Below, piece by piece: positions 37,631-49,000 of a DNA stretch of 64,000 nucleotides. Source of the DNA: Escherichia phage JLBYU40; the sequence record NC_105514.1; one strand, 5' to 3'. The position numbers and the translations under genes are program-made. The notes beneath the pieces are model-generated. The model did no database searches. It was not told the origin of the DNA and saw only the letters and a program-made list of their open reading frames with translations. Positions within the stretch are counted from its first letter, which is position 1; every line of letters begins with the position of its first letter.

Positions 37631-39999
37631 ACAGACTCCCTCATTTGACGATCCGTTAATTCTTTATGCCAGATTCTAAAATTTCTGACATGCCCGAAAA
37701 GATGTTTCCCACCATCTGCACTTATGCCGCCGATACGAAGATTTTTAGATAAACCAGCTTTCCATGTTGTTTTCACAGGCGCACCGAACACAGCGTTTGT
37801 TACGCATCTTAATTCTGAGCTTTTGTTGCAAACAAAACCCGTCACCATTTTCCCGCTTGTTTTTGTTGATACTGGCGTAAATGACTGACTGACCCCCAAC
37901 TGAGAATAAGGCAGCGGCTCTACTGTATCGCTTGATGGAACCCTGAAAGCAACTAATAACTGGTCTTCTGGTGCATTTGCTACATGTACTATCCTTGGTG
38001 CTGAGTTTGGGGCTATATCCCAATTTCTATTTACCTCAACAAGTAGACTTAACGGTATAGAGGATGGTTGATTGCAATCAGTTGGTATTAGGACCATGTC
38101 ACTAGCTCTTGTGGCGGGCGTACTGCTTGTAATTATGAACGATGAAGCGCATGACCCTTTTTCAATTTGCGGAGTAGTCACCTCAACAAAACTAGAATCA
38201 TCATAAGTGGCATCGGCTTTTTGCACAATCTGAATTCCACCGTTAATATATGCTGAGTTATCTGTAACTTTATAAACAACCTCTATAGCAACCCATTCAC
38301 CATCCTGAACAACATTTTTCACAGTGATGTTAGACGCATCCTGCCCGGACGTGAATGTAGCTAGCGTGTCGCTGTCAATAAAAAGAACAGCAACAGTAGC
38401 AGGTGTTTCTCCTTTGCTAAATCTAGCAACAAATCTTAGATTATGTCCTCTTGCCCTAAACGATAGTGTAACTGCGTCATCTTTAACTACAGATATATTG
38501 TTTTGCGAGTTACCTAATATAATCCCATATGTACCAGTAGAGCCAGAGTAAACACCAGGCCCGAACGTTGCATATTTAAAACCACGATCATCGGTTTTTG
38601 TTTCACTTTTGCTTAGCCCTGAATTCGAGTTCCATAATTCTGGCGCGTTTGAATTCGCAAAATAGTTAGTTCTCTGACCTTCAATAAGCAGACCTTCTTT
38701 TTCAAAACGTGGCTCATTAATTTCTGCAATGGTAAGAGCGCCGGACTTATTAATATATGTCGCAGTTGATGCACGGGTAAAGCTAACAATCTTGTCGCTA
38801 GGCAGTGTTATTTCCTCATCACCGACTGTTATTTTTTTATAGCCTGGTGCAAAGCCGGTGATCATATCTAGAGAATCATTAAACGGTATCCATACATCTG
38901 GAAGAGGTTGAATGTCGGGGGTAGAATTAGCAGCAGCTTCTGATCTATCAGCCTCAGTTTTTGAACGGTCGGCTTCAGTTTTAGCAGTATTAGCACTATT
39001 GGCAGCACTAGTAGCTTGTTTTCCTGCTTCAGTAGCAGAATTGGCAGCACTAGTTGCAGAAGTTGCAGCTTGGTTTTTTAGCGCGGTAGTTTCTGTTATC
39101 GCGCTATTTTTAATGCCTTGTGTATCTGTTTTTAACTGCGCAACATCTGCCTTTATAGCTGTTGTCTCTGTTACAGCACTGTTTTTAATGGCCTGAGTAT
39201 CTGATTTTAGTTGCTCAACATCTGATTTTAAGCCTTGAATAGTAGTTACTGACTGACTAGCTGAAGTTGCGGAACTAGCTGCGTTAGTCTCACTAGCTTT
39301 GGTTTTAGTCTCACTAGCTTTTGCATTAGTCTCACTAGCTTTTGCATTAGTTTCAGAGGTTTTTGCAGCAGAAGCTGATGTAGCAGCTTGTGTAGAGAAT
39401 GTTTCCGCCTCATTCCTAAAACCACTGGAATCCGCAGCGGAAGCGGCAGCATTAGTCTCACTGACCTTTGCATTATCCTCACTAAGTTTTGCCGCTGCAG
39501 CCGAAGCAGTAGCATTAGTTTCACTAGCCTTAGCATTAGTCTCGGAGGCCTTAGCTTTGGTTTCACTAGACTTTGCATTAGTTTCTGATGTTTTTGCATT
39601 AGTCTCGGAGGTTTTAGCCTTAGTTTCACTAGCTTTCGCATTAGTCTCGGATACTTTAGCTGCTGCGGCTGATTCTGCAGATTTATCCGCTGATGCAGCA
39701 GATTGAGTAGCAGATGTAGCAGACTGAGTAGCAGAAGCTTCTGAAGCTCCGGCAGAAATAGCAGCTTCCTGCTCCGAATTCTTAGCATTAAGCTCTGAGG
39801 TCTTAGCTGCTATCTCAGAATCTTTTGCAGCTGCAGCAGATTTAGCAGCGGCCTCTATAGAAGATACTAACTCACTAGCAGTAATAGAACTAATAGAATT
39901 TCCAAGAATTACTGTATATCTAGGAAATTTACTAGCAGTAGCTTTCGTATCATCTATATTCAGTATTTGTTGCACAATAATTTTAGTAGTTACCGCCAT
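37627..39999 (-). CDS. Lateral tail fibre protein A (repeat-rich shaft, jelly-roll-like C-terminus)
   Basis: N-terminal SETNAKA heptad repeats; C-terminal ...HLFGHVRNFRIWHKELTDRQM. Confidence 0.7.
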   Translation of the reverse strand: MAVTTKIIVQQILNIDDTKATASKFPRYTVILGNSISSITASELVSSIEAAAKSAAAAKDSEIAAKTSELNAKNSEQEAAISAGASEASATQSATSATQSAASADKSAESAAAAKVSETNAKASETKAKTSETNAKTSETNAKSSETKAKASETNAKASETNATASAAAAKLSEDNAKVSETNAAASAADSSGFRNEAETFSTQAATSASAAKTSETNAKASETNAKASETKTKASETNAASSATSASQSVTTIQGLKSDVEQLKSDTQAIKNSAVTETTAIKADVAQLKTDTQGIKNSAITETTALKNQAATSATSAANSATEAGKQATSAANSANTAKTEADRSKTEADRSEAAANSTPDIQPLPDVWIPFNDSLDMITGFAPGYKKITVGDEEITLPSDKIVSFTRASTATYINKSGALTIAEINEPRFEKEGLLIEGQRTNYFANSNAPELWNSNSGLSKSETKTDDRGFKYATFGPGVYSGSTGTYGIILGNSQNNISVVKDDAVTLSFRARGHNLRFVARFSKGETPATVAVLFIDSDTLATFTSGQDASNITVKNVVQDGEWVAIEVVYKVTDNSAYINGGIQIVQKADATYDDSSFVEVTTPQIEKGSCASSFIITSSTPATRASDMVLIPTDCNQPSSIPLSLLVEVNRNWDIAPNSAPRIVHVANAPEDQLLVAFRVPSSDTVEPLPYSQLGVSQSFTPVSTKTSGKMVTGFVCNKSSELRCVTNAVFGAPVKTTWKAGLSKNLRIGGISADGGKHLFGHVRNFRIWHKELTDRQMRESV
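39283..39662. repeat. Imperfect 21-bp tandem repeats encoding SETNAKA heptads
   Basis: Reiterated ttagtctcactagcttttgca units on the plus strand. Confidence 0.7.
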
Positions 40000-40421
40000 T
40001 ATTTAGTTACCCCATCACTGATAAATACTTTACCCTCCATTATACGAAAGGAGCTAATAGCTGATCCTATGACATCTCGTGTCATAATTATATCATAGTA
40101 TCCTGCAAAACGTTGGCGAGGATTATATTTATCTCTTTCTTTGGTGGCTTTGGCACCAATATTCTCTACCGCCTCTATGGGCAAACTTATGGCTATAGCA
40201 CCTTGAGCAGCATCAATAATTTTAGTAGTAAAAGATGCCAAAGTCTCCGCATTCTCATCAAGACTGGCCTTTATAGTACCTCTTAGAGAATACCCTGTTA
40301 AGTTAACAGGGGTATTTGTAGGTGGATAAGTACTATCGTCAACATCTAAGAACTGCATCATTAGACCATAAGGTACTTTTTCATCTATTACTAAGTCTAT
40401 AACTCTATTTTCAGTACTCAT
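39999..40421 (-). CDS. Putative tail collar protein (p132-like)
   Basis: 140 aa, position between fibre and baseplate genes. Confidence 0.45.
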   Translation of the reverse strand: MSTENRVIDLVIDEKVPYGLMMQFLDVDDSTYPPTNTPVNLTGYSLRGTIKASLDENAETLASFTTKIIDAAQGAIAISLPIEAVENIGAKATKERDKYNPRQRFAGYYDIIMTRDVIGSAISSFRIMEGKVFISDGVTK

Positions 40422-40427
40422 TATTTA

Positions 40428-42500
40428 TTACCTTATATGGATATACCCACTATTTAGGTCTATCTTCATCTTGTAGTATGCCTCAGGGTTTCCCGATAAT
40501 GCAGCATTCCTATCATAAATGATGTTAACACCGATCTGAGATAAGAAAGCATTTCCTGCTACAATTTTATCTGCCGTCACCGTTCCGTTAACAATCATGT
40601 TTCCGTGGAGAACCATTGCAGGGTTAACCCAACCAGACCCATTCCATTGCCTTGTAAATGCTGATTGTGGGGCATTACTATTAAATTCAGTTAATACATC
40701 GTATTTAACTGGTGGAGAACCGAAGTTACTTTGAAAGAAGGAATTAGCTTGTCCATCATCCCAACCACCTAAACCTGCTATACCTACAGAATACATCCCA
40801 GGACCACGTTGTCCATCATGCCCTATAGTACCTTCAGTACCACTCCACTGAACTACATCCGACCAGCTAGTACCCTCTAATAACCTATTAGTAACTGGAT
40901 CAAGCGTACCTGTAGTGGCATAGATATTTTGTGTCATATCTGTACGGTTAGGTGGAGTTTTTGACCAACCAGGAGGAGGATAATCTTGTTCTAGTGGTTT
41001 AGCAGGTAGAGATGTTGCTAACTTATAAACAAATACTGTTTGCTTACCTTGCATACCAGTACCAAGATCTACATCGCCATTAGGAGTTCCAATAACTACC
41101 CCACTAGAAATACGTAGCACATCACCATCATAACGAATCCACTGTGTGGCATTACCAATGTCTAATTTAGCTTTGGCAGAGGTATTATCCATACCCATCC
41201 AAATACCAGAGTTATTATCCCCCCAAGATTTACCTTGAGTGTAAATTGCTGGATTATCCTTACCAGATAAGTTAGTCATGATAAAGTTCGCAGCATTAAT
41301 ATCTCTAGTAATTACTTTACCATCAACGTTAACAACACGGTTTATGGGGTCAAAAGAAATAGGTGCTTTTCCTTCTTCGTCTAGCAGACCAATGTTAATA
41401 GCACCAGTAGCTGCGTCGATTAAGAATGTCTGTCTCCAGATTTCTCCATCTTTCATGCTGCCCTTAATAAAGGCATAATTAACATCAATACCCGTCTCAT
41501 TGACAAAGCTGTTGTCTAGGGGAGTATCTTCATTAAGTATAAACGTTACAGGAGCTGATTCTGTTATATCTTGCTTATTTGGTCCCCAGGCAATTGATGA
41601 TACCTTAAAAGTATGCTCAACTTTCCACGGGAATGATATAATCGTTGCAGCTCTAGCAGCCCCAACGTTTATCTTTTGAGCTTTAGCCCAGCCAGTCTTA
41701 GCGTATTCTTCAGAGTTTATATAAGTAACCAGAAATTCACGGACATTAGCACCCGCACCACGTTCCCAGTCCCACTCTATTCTGACATCATATCGTTCCT
41801 TACCATCTGCAATTCGTGCAGCTTTAAAGGCAATGTTAGTAGGTGCAGTAGGTGGTACAAAATTATAAGCTACAGTGAAAATGCTCGGATATTCATAATA
41901 ACCAGATGAGTCAACTGTAATACCATCTGGCATCGTAACTTGACCAGATATTCTGATCTTATAGTCGCCAACAGGAACACCACCAAATTTGATAGTAGGT
42001 CCCAATGCGCCTATATAATATTTAACCCATTCACTATCTTCTGATGCAGTACTTTTTAATTCAATAGTGCAGTAACTAGCTTCACCAGCAGTCTCTACAA
42101 CAACTATTGGAGCACCAACACCAACGTCAACGGGTTCTGATTCAGATCTTGCTGTAGTAATTATTGGCTTTTCCTTTGTTCTAAAGTTAGTTTCATTAGA
42201 GAGGTTGATACCAATCTTAGCTTCCAGTAACTCTGAGTCAATAATTGAGTCATAGAAAGCCCCCTGAATCTCATAGGAGGTAGAGGGGGTTAGATTATTA
42301 ATCATTACGAAGAAAGTATCTATACCGGTGTAATCACGTCTATCTATACTTTCTCCTATTTTTAACCAAAAAGATCTACCAATAACATCATAATCAGTAT
42401 AAATGGAGTGCTGGACATAAGCCAAAGTATATCCAGTCATTATACTATTTAAGACCATTTTGGCTGGTGCATTATTTGAAATCATTAAATGGATGCCCAC
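40428..42500 (-). CDS. Baseplate/distal tail protein (pb4-like)
   Basis: 690 aa, synteny. Confidence 0.5.
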   Translation of the reverse strand: MGIHLMISNNAPAKMVLNSIMTGYTLAYVQHSIYTDYDVIGRSFWLKIGESIDRRDYTGIDTFFVMINNLTPSTSYEIQGAFYDSIIDSELLEAKIGINLSNETNFRTKEKPIITTARSESEPVDVGVGAPIVVVETAGEASYCTIELKSTASEDSEWVKYYIGALGPTIKFGGVPVGDYKIRISGQVTMPDGITVDSSGYYEYPSIFTVAYNFVPPTAPTNIAFKAARIADGKERYDVRIEWDWERGAGANVREFLVTYINSEEYAKTGWAKAQKINVGAARAATIISFPWKVEHTFKVSSIAWGPNKQDITESAPVTFILNEDTPLDNSFVNETGIDVNYAFIKGSMKDGEIWRQTFLIDAATGAINIGLLDEEGKAPISFDPINRVVNVDGKVITRDINAANFIMTNLSGKDNPAIYTQGKSWGDNNSGIWMGMDNTSAKAKLDIGNATQWIRYDGDVLRISSGVVIGTPNGDVDLGTGMQGKQTVFVYKLATSLPAKPLEQDYPPPGWSKTPPNRTDMTQNIYATTGTLDPVTNRLLEGTSWSDVVQWSGTEGTIGHDGQRGPGMYSVGIAGLGGWDDGQANSFFQSNFGSPPVKYDVLTEFNSNAPQSAFTRQWNGSGWVNPAMVLHGNMIVNGTVTADKIVAGNAFLSQIGVNIIYDRNAALSGNPEAYYKMKIDLNSGYIHIR

Positions 42501-45334
42501 TCCACAGACTGTTCTCCATCATCCCCTTCAGCTCTAATACGAAAATACAATTTTCTATTTATACCTAGAGCACCGCTGTTCTGGAGAGCAAAATCTGCCT
42601 TATTATACGTTAATAAATAGTCATAAGTATACTGATTTTCAATACGTACACTTCTTAACATCCTATTTTGTGAATCGTGTATTTCAAGGGTATAAAATAT
42701 ACTCTCTATTATATCTTCTTCAGGTATTCTATCCCAGGCTAGTTTCACATCTGGGCCAACAAACTCAGTTACATCTCCGGAAGCAGTATTAGTTACCCTA
42801 AAATTAGATACTACACTAAGGTTTTTAGCAGAGTTAAGTTCTATAGACAGAGTCACCGGGGAACTTCTTCTACCATTAATATCTACTGCTCTTATCTCAA
42901 ATATAGCCAGACCTGCTGGTTCTCCAATTATTTCTTGGATCATACGTTCGTTAGGGTTGGTCTCTAACTGTTGTACTATGTAAGGTTCGGCATGACCTGA
43001 GTGCACAATAGAGTAATAAACTACATTATTGGTTAGACTCGGAAGCCAGGATAACTCACCATTTTTACCTATAGAGCCTACTAAACCACCAGGAGTAGGG
43101 GTATACTTAAAGTCTCTAGGAGGAAGGACATTATTACTAATATCGGGAATATCATTACCGCTATTATCAACCTGCTCAGAGTTGATGAATACATCTTTTC
43201 CATACTCCTGTAGAGTAACATTTATCTTTCCTTCTCTAGAGTTTTCCACTTCGTCTACTAGGAAGTACTTCTTATCCCACCCATAACGGTCGTATGTAAA
43301 TGCAATAGCATCATTAGGCTCAATACCAATGAATTGATATGGCAATGAGAAAGAAAGTGTTCTTGAGTATCTAGATTTCTTAAGTTCCCTATCAGCAAAA
43401 CTTCTTGCAGTATAGTAATTAGTAATATTAGCAAAAGATAGTTGTAATTTTTTATCTAGGTTCTTGTCCTGTTCCTTATACTTGGAATTATAGAACGTAA
43501 TGGAATTAGTTTTCCAGCTAAGGGCGGGATCTACGATAGATGCTTGAACTGAGTTGAATTTATTTCTACCAGTAGTATCTGATAGCTCCAAATCACCGTA
43601 AGTATCTAGAAAATTAATCTCTAACGGAGTATTAGAGTATTTTTCTACAGTAACTCTATACTGGCCAGATAAATTGTTAATAGCCCCACCGTAGGACTCT
43701 AATAAACCTTGCACATTTTTAAATACTGATTCAGATGTATCCAGAATAGTATTCATTTGTACTATTTGTCTATTTTCTGCTAGTGGATCAGTCCACCCAA
43801 CGTATCTCCAATATGGCTGCCAAGATACCTGATAGGATTCATCTATAATATCTAAAATAGCTGCTTCCTGTATTAGTTGCTGAAGAGGGAACTGATCAAT
43901 GGTAATATCAGCACCATATCTATCAGAGGTTAAGTAATCAAGTGTTTGCCAAATACCATTTAAGCTAGTACTATTAGCAGTTACTCTACCATCAGAATGA
44001 TAGACTTTTACTTTTTTACCTTGAATTTCAGCACTAACTTCTGGAATCTCAGTCCTATTTTCATTAATAGTGAAGCGCACCACTGCGTATGCAGTATCTA
44101 GTAGCTTATACCTAGCATCCCAGTATTCAGGGCCATTGCCATTCATATTTTGAAGATAGAATCCGCGGTTTTTAGCGATGTCCACTAATACATCCGAGGC
44201 CGTTTGATCAGATTTTCCGTGATACGTCCAAATCCTTATATCACCATTACCATCATTATATTTATATTCCTGACCATGCACAGAAGGACTACTGGAAGAT
44301 ATTCCTGATGCTATTCTTTGCATGGTGTCTCCGGCTACTTTTTTAACACCGAAACAGGTTCTAGCAGAGCTATCATTAGAATCCATACAAATCATGGGGT
44401 TATCACCAAAGGAGAAATCAAGAAAACCATCAATCTCCCCTTCAGCAAAGGCGTATACGACATAAACTATGTTGGGATTGTGTAGTTCTGTATCAGCAAA
44501 AATTGGTATTCCTGGTATTTTCTGTACGCCATAAACTACTGTGATATATTTAGCAGCAAGGTTAAAATCTATATCTACTTCCTTAGTGACAGTTTCATAG
44601 TATTTTTTAAGGCTGTAGCTTCTAGATAAGCCAAATAGTTTTTTCTTTGATTTTAGCTTATACCTTTCTTCCTGTACTTGGTACTTTGCTAGTATAGATA
44701 TACTCTTATTAGAATGAAAGAACCCATAGTCTTCTTGGTACTCAGGTCTTTTAGCACCGTTAGATGGTACTAACTGTCCAGCTACAACTTCAAGTCCCCT
44801 ATGGGAGGCGTCATCAGTATATCTACCATTAACTCTATCAAAGTCATAGAATTGGTTAGAACAATTCCAGGTAATTGTAGAGGTTCCTACTCCAGAGGTA
44901 CTAATATTATCTTTAATGCCCCCTCCAGTAATCCTCCCCCTAAAGTATAGTAGAGGACCATTTGTATCTGGGTCTACTGGTAGAATAGAACCATCTTCGG
45001 TAATAATTGCTTGATGAATTGATACGGTTCTATCTAAGAAGGATACACCATTTTGCACTAGTTTTAGTACTTCATCCTGTGCTGTACCAGTAATAGTAAA
45101 AGATAGACTACCAATAGATAAATCTCTATTTTGTTTGTGTGTGCTAATAGACTTAACTTTACCCGCCTGGTATAGAATGCCATTATATAGTACATCCCTA
45201 AAATAATCAGTTAAATAAATAAAAGCAGTACTAGTACCAGTAGAGCCAGGTAACTCTAGAGAAATTAGACTAGCAGTTTTTATTTTGCTATTATTTTTTA
45301 AGTAGTTTCTAGCACTATCTAGTATTTTTTTCAT
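42485..45334 (-). CDS. Baseplate hub protein (pb3-like)
   Basis: 949 aa, synteny next to the Dit-like gene. Confidence 0.6.
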   Translation of the reverse strand: MKKILDSARNYLKNNSKIKTASLISLELPGSTGTSTAFIYLTDYFRDVLYNGILYQAGKVKSISTHKQNRDLSIGSLSFTITGTAQDEVLKLVQNGVSFLDRTVSIHQAIITEDGSILPVDPDTNGPLLYFRGRITGGGIKDNISTSGVGTSTITWNCSNQFYDFDRVNGRYTDDASHRGLEVVAGQLVPSNGAKRPEYQEDYGFFHSNKSISILAKYQVQEERYKLKSKKKLFGLSRSYSLKKYYETVTKEVDIDFNLAAKYITVVYGVQKIPGIPIFADTELHNPNIVYVVYAFAEGEIDGFLDFSFGDNPMICMDSNDSSARTCFGVKKVAGDTMQRIASGISSSSPSVHGQEYKYNDGNGDIRIWTYHGKSDQTASDVLVDIAKNRGFYLQNMNGNGPEYWDARYKLLDTAYAVVRFTINENRTEIPEVSAEIQGKKVKVYHSDGRVTANSTSLNGIWQTLDYLTSDRYGADITIDQFPLQQLIQEAAILDIIDESYQVSWQPYWRYVGWTDPLAENRQIVQMNTILDTSESVFKNVQGLLESYGGAINNLSGQYRVTVEKYSNTPLEINFLDTYGDLELSDTTGRNKFNSVQASIVDPALSWKTNSITFYNSKYKEQDKNLDKKLQLSFANITNYYTARSFADRELKKSRYSRTLSFSLPYQFIGIEPNDAIAFTYDRYGWDKKYFLVDEVENSREGKINVTLQEYGKDVFINSEQVDNSGNDIPDISNNVLPPRDFKYTPTPGGLVGSIGKNGELSWLPSLTNNVVYYSIVHSGHAEPYIVQQLETNPNERMIQEIIGEPAGLAIFEIRAVDINGRRSSPVTLSIELNSAKNLSVVSNFRVTNTASGDVTEFVGPDVKLAWDRIPEEDIIESIFYTLEIHDSQNRMLRSVRIENQYTYDYLLTYNKADFALQNSGALGINRKLYFRIRAEGDDGEQSVEWASI

Positions 45335-45945
45335 AAACTTTCCCGTAAATTTAATGAGATGCCGGAATATGTTCCGTTATTATTTAATGTAGATCCGAAA
45401 GCATCACCATTCATGAGTTTTGTCCTAAATAGTATCCCATTAAATACTGGTTTTTCAGCTCCAGTAGTAGTTACAAATAAATCAGGATATACGTTAATAG
45501 ACCATGAATTACCTGACTTGTTAAATGATGTTATTTTATATACTTTTGGGTGGTTAGACAGCTTAAATAGATCCCCCGGTTTTGGAGTACCTGTAAGAAG
45601 TCCTTTTGTATCCATAGTTATATTAGAACCCTTCTGTCCAGCAGGTATATTTACTAGACTAGTATTACCTCTAACTCTAAAAGCTTCGTATTGGGGTAAT
45701 ATAACATCTATATAACCACCAGTCCTTTTGTATTCTAGAATAAAAGCATCTAGAACACCATATTCATCTGGAAATAATTCTGGATAAGAAATATTTATAC
45801 CCCAGTATTGAGCAGATACTTTAACTTCGTTAACTTTACCATTTGGTAACTCATCACGAATTACTGGGTCATTATCAATCAGGTTAACACTTTCGAATCC
45901 TAAGCCTGAAAGTTCTGGATTCGTGTATGGGTCTGGTAATCTCAT
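45331..45945 (-). CDS. Distal tail protein (pb9-like)
   Basis: 204 aa immediately downstream of the tape-measure gene; very strong RBS ATTAAAGAGGAGAAATTAACT before the ATG. Confidence 0.6.
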   Translation of the reverse strand: MRLPDPYTNPELSGLGFESVNLIDNDPVIRDELPNGKVNEVKVSAQYWGINISYPELFPDEYGVLDAFILEYKRTGGYIDVILPQYEAFRVRGNTSLVNIPAGQKGSNITMDTKGLLTGTPKPGDLFKLSNHPKVYKITSFNKSGNSWSINVYPDLFVTTTGAEKPVFNGILFRTKLMNGDAFGSTLNNNGTYSGISLNLRESL

Positions 45946-46019
45946 AGTTAATTTCTCCTCTTTAATAACAATATTATAATAGTATTAGAAAATTTTATCA
46001 AGAAATTTTTATTTTTCCA

Positions 46020-46046
46020 TAAAGAAAAGGAGGACTCAAAGTCCTC
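46020..46046 (-). terminator. Intrinsic terminator after the tape-measure gene
   Basis: GGAGGACT-ttg-AGTCCTCC followed by TTTTCTTT on the minus strand. Confidence 0.6.
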
Positions 46047-46054
46047 CTCCAGTT

Positions 46055-49000
46055 TTAAGAATTTCCTAATGTTTTCAGACTAGCACCGTTCTCATTCAGA
46101 GCTAATTCTACTGCGTCTCTTAGAGCACCACTATTACTAGAAGCAAACTCTCTAAAACTTGCAGCATCCATAGCACTAATATTCAGGATGATAGGTCTTC
46201 CTGAAGTTGAGTTAGACGAGGTTTTTAGCTCATCATTAGGTGTAGCTTTCATAGGAACCATAGGGGTAACTACTTCTGTACCATGCTCACCCATTTGATA
46301 GCTAACCCCTGGATACATATTACCACCCTCAGCACGAGGAACGAAAGAGTTGGCACTACCTATACCTTGATCGCCACGAATATAAGATAGTTCACCTGCA
46401 TTAGCAGACATGGACACATCTATATTCTTCTGACGCTCTCCTAAGGTTAAGTAACTAGTTGTATCCGCCCCAGAATCAGCAATACTTGACATACCAGATG
46501 CAGAAGATGCTTGTGCTAATGCCAATGCACCCGCTAAACCTGCCGCAACCATTAAAGGAATAGAGAACGGGTATGGTACAGCTGTTGCCGCTTGCATTAC
46601 AGCTACTGCAGTTTGGATGATAATCTGCTTCTTAGCTGCGTCTTGTTGAATCTTCAGCTTTTCAGCTTCCAACTTCTTCAACTTAGCTTTAGATGCTTCT
46701 GATTTACCATCACGTTTCTGCTCCGCTGCGATAGCTGCATCAATAGCACTAACCTGTTGACTAGTACTATACTGAATCATAGAAGATACAGTTTGCATGC
46801 CAGAAGCAATCAAGGAGGTAGTATCTAGGGATCCCTGAGAGAACTGAATCATAGCGTTAGTTAAGTTACCCATACTTTGAGCCACAGCGGTTGCTTCAGA
46901 ATTTAATTCAGATAGTTTAGAGATTGCCTGATCATAAGAAGCCATTCTATTTTGCATATCAGCAAAATCTTTATCCTCCCCAGATAGTCCAGTTGTAGGA
47001 GTATATACAGCACCTACAGAAGATCCCACCTGTTGCTGCATCTGGATATCTCTCTGTTTTCTAAGCTGCTCTAAGGCCGCCGAAGTTTTATAAATCTCAT
47101 TACGATATTTAATTTCTTCCTCAGTATTGCCCTTAGACAGCTCCAGCTGTTGCTGCAGAATGGATAATCTTTCAGTAAGAATTTGAGATTGACCAGTAAC
47201 ATTCCTCTGCGTTTGGCTGACCTCTAGCGCATCCATGAGAGCTGATACATGTGAGGCAGTTGCCTGTTTCTCCGCTTCCCATATTTCTCTGCTTATTTGT
47301 GCTTGAGCACGTCTAGACTGTTCTGCCTCTTTCTGTTTGTCCGCTTGTTTTGTATACCATTCGTACTTCTCTTTCTCTATAGTTAGTTCTAGTTTTAGCT
47401 GAGCTAATCTATATTGAGTAGTAGTCATAGTGCGGTCATTCAGAAGAGCTATCTCACGATCTACACCCAGGATTTTATCTGTATAATCCTTAACCTTCTT
47501 CTGGGCCTCCATACCCTGATTGGTAAGTTTAAGTTTCTCCAGCTGAATTTTTTCAATTTCTTTCTCAACAGCTTTATTTCCCTGGTTTGTTTGAAGAACA
47601 CGGCGTAAAGCAGCTTCTTGCTCTTCTAACTGTTGCAACTCTAAACGTCTACCAGCTTCCTGAGCCTTTTCCTTATCCTTAGTTTGATTATACACATCGG
47701 CTATTTTCTGTTGAACTGCTAACTGATTTTTAGTTTCATTACCAGTTAGTTTAACATACTCGGACAAGGCCTGAGAAGCAGTTTTCATCTCAGATAACGT
47801 ATTATAGCCTAAATTAAGATTTTTAACATACTCATCTGCACTTTTACCCGTACCTAGAGATAGAGATTCTATGTTTTTTATAGCATCTGCTAACGTAGCA
47901 CTAGTTTTAGCAGCAGTATCTGTATTCTGAGCAACGTTCTGTATATCATTAGCTAAGTCACTAGCAGTTTTCTTAGTCTGATTGTACGCTTTCTGCTGCT
48001 CAGTTAGTCCTTTTAATACAGTAGAGTTAAAATCGTATACAGCATCAGGATCAGTAGTATCTCTCTGTAGATTAATTTGCTTCTGAAACTCGGGGTTAGC
48101 TTTTGCAGCAGCAGCTCCAGCAGCTTGATACGCTGATTTCCAAGCATTGAGGTTTTCAGTAGAATCCTCTACTTCTTTACCAAGTCTAGTTACTTGTAAA
48201 CCCATAGCTGCAGTTTCTGCTACAAATTGCTTATTGGCCTCCGAAGCACCTGCTGCTGCAAGACCAACAGGAATACCTTCACCAACTTGACGTATAGCTA
48301 GTTTTGTATAGAAATCTGCTTGTTCCATTCGTTTATCGAACTCAGATTTTAGCTTATTACGCTTATCAAGAGATTCCTTATACATATCTAGAGCTTTATT
48401 ATAGCCTTCTTCAGAAGCAGCTAAACTTAAAGCAACAGCACCAACGTTGGTAGGGTCTATCTGTCTATTAGTTTTTTCTTGAGCTCTAGCTGCCTCAGCA
48501 GATATAGAAGCCTGAGATGTATAAAATACTGTGTTGATAGCATCAATTACTGGCCCTAAATACTTAGCAGCAGCTTGTTGTATTTTTCTTAGCGCAGCAT
48601 CTGCATTAGCAGCAAATTGCTCCCATGGAGTTGCACGTAGTACTTCATCTAGGTAGCCAAACCGCTTAGTAGATTCAGCAATTACCGCGTTAGCGTATGC
48701 TTGTTGTTTCTGGAAAGTGGTAAGACTATTAACATTATATGTTATACCTGTGTTTGCAGCATTTAACTGTTTAACATAATCAGCGTATGCGTCATTAAGA
48801 CGTATGGTGACACCAAGTTCATCCAGAAGTTCGATTTCTTGTTTAGATACACCCTTAATTACACGGTTAAGTGCGTCAGTCATATCAACGCCAAGAACAG
48901 CAGCAGCACGACGAGCTACTAAACCAAATTTATTAAGTTGTTCGGCATCAAATCCATAAGCAGACGCTGAAGATGCCTGTCTCATTGCTTCTTCAAAAGA

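Noticed and set aside
39246-39788. ORFs of 180 and 135 aa on both strands inside the tail-fibre repeat region
   Set aside because: They are low-complexity translations (Leu/Lys- or Ala/Val-rich) of the 21-bp tandem repeats, lying within or antisense to the 790-aa fibre gene.
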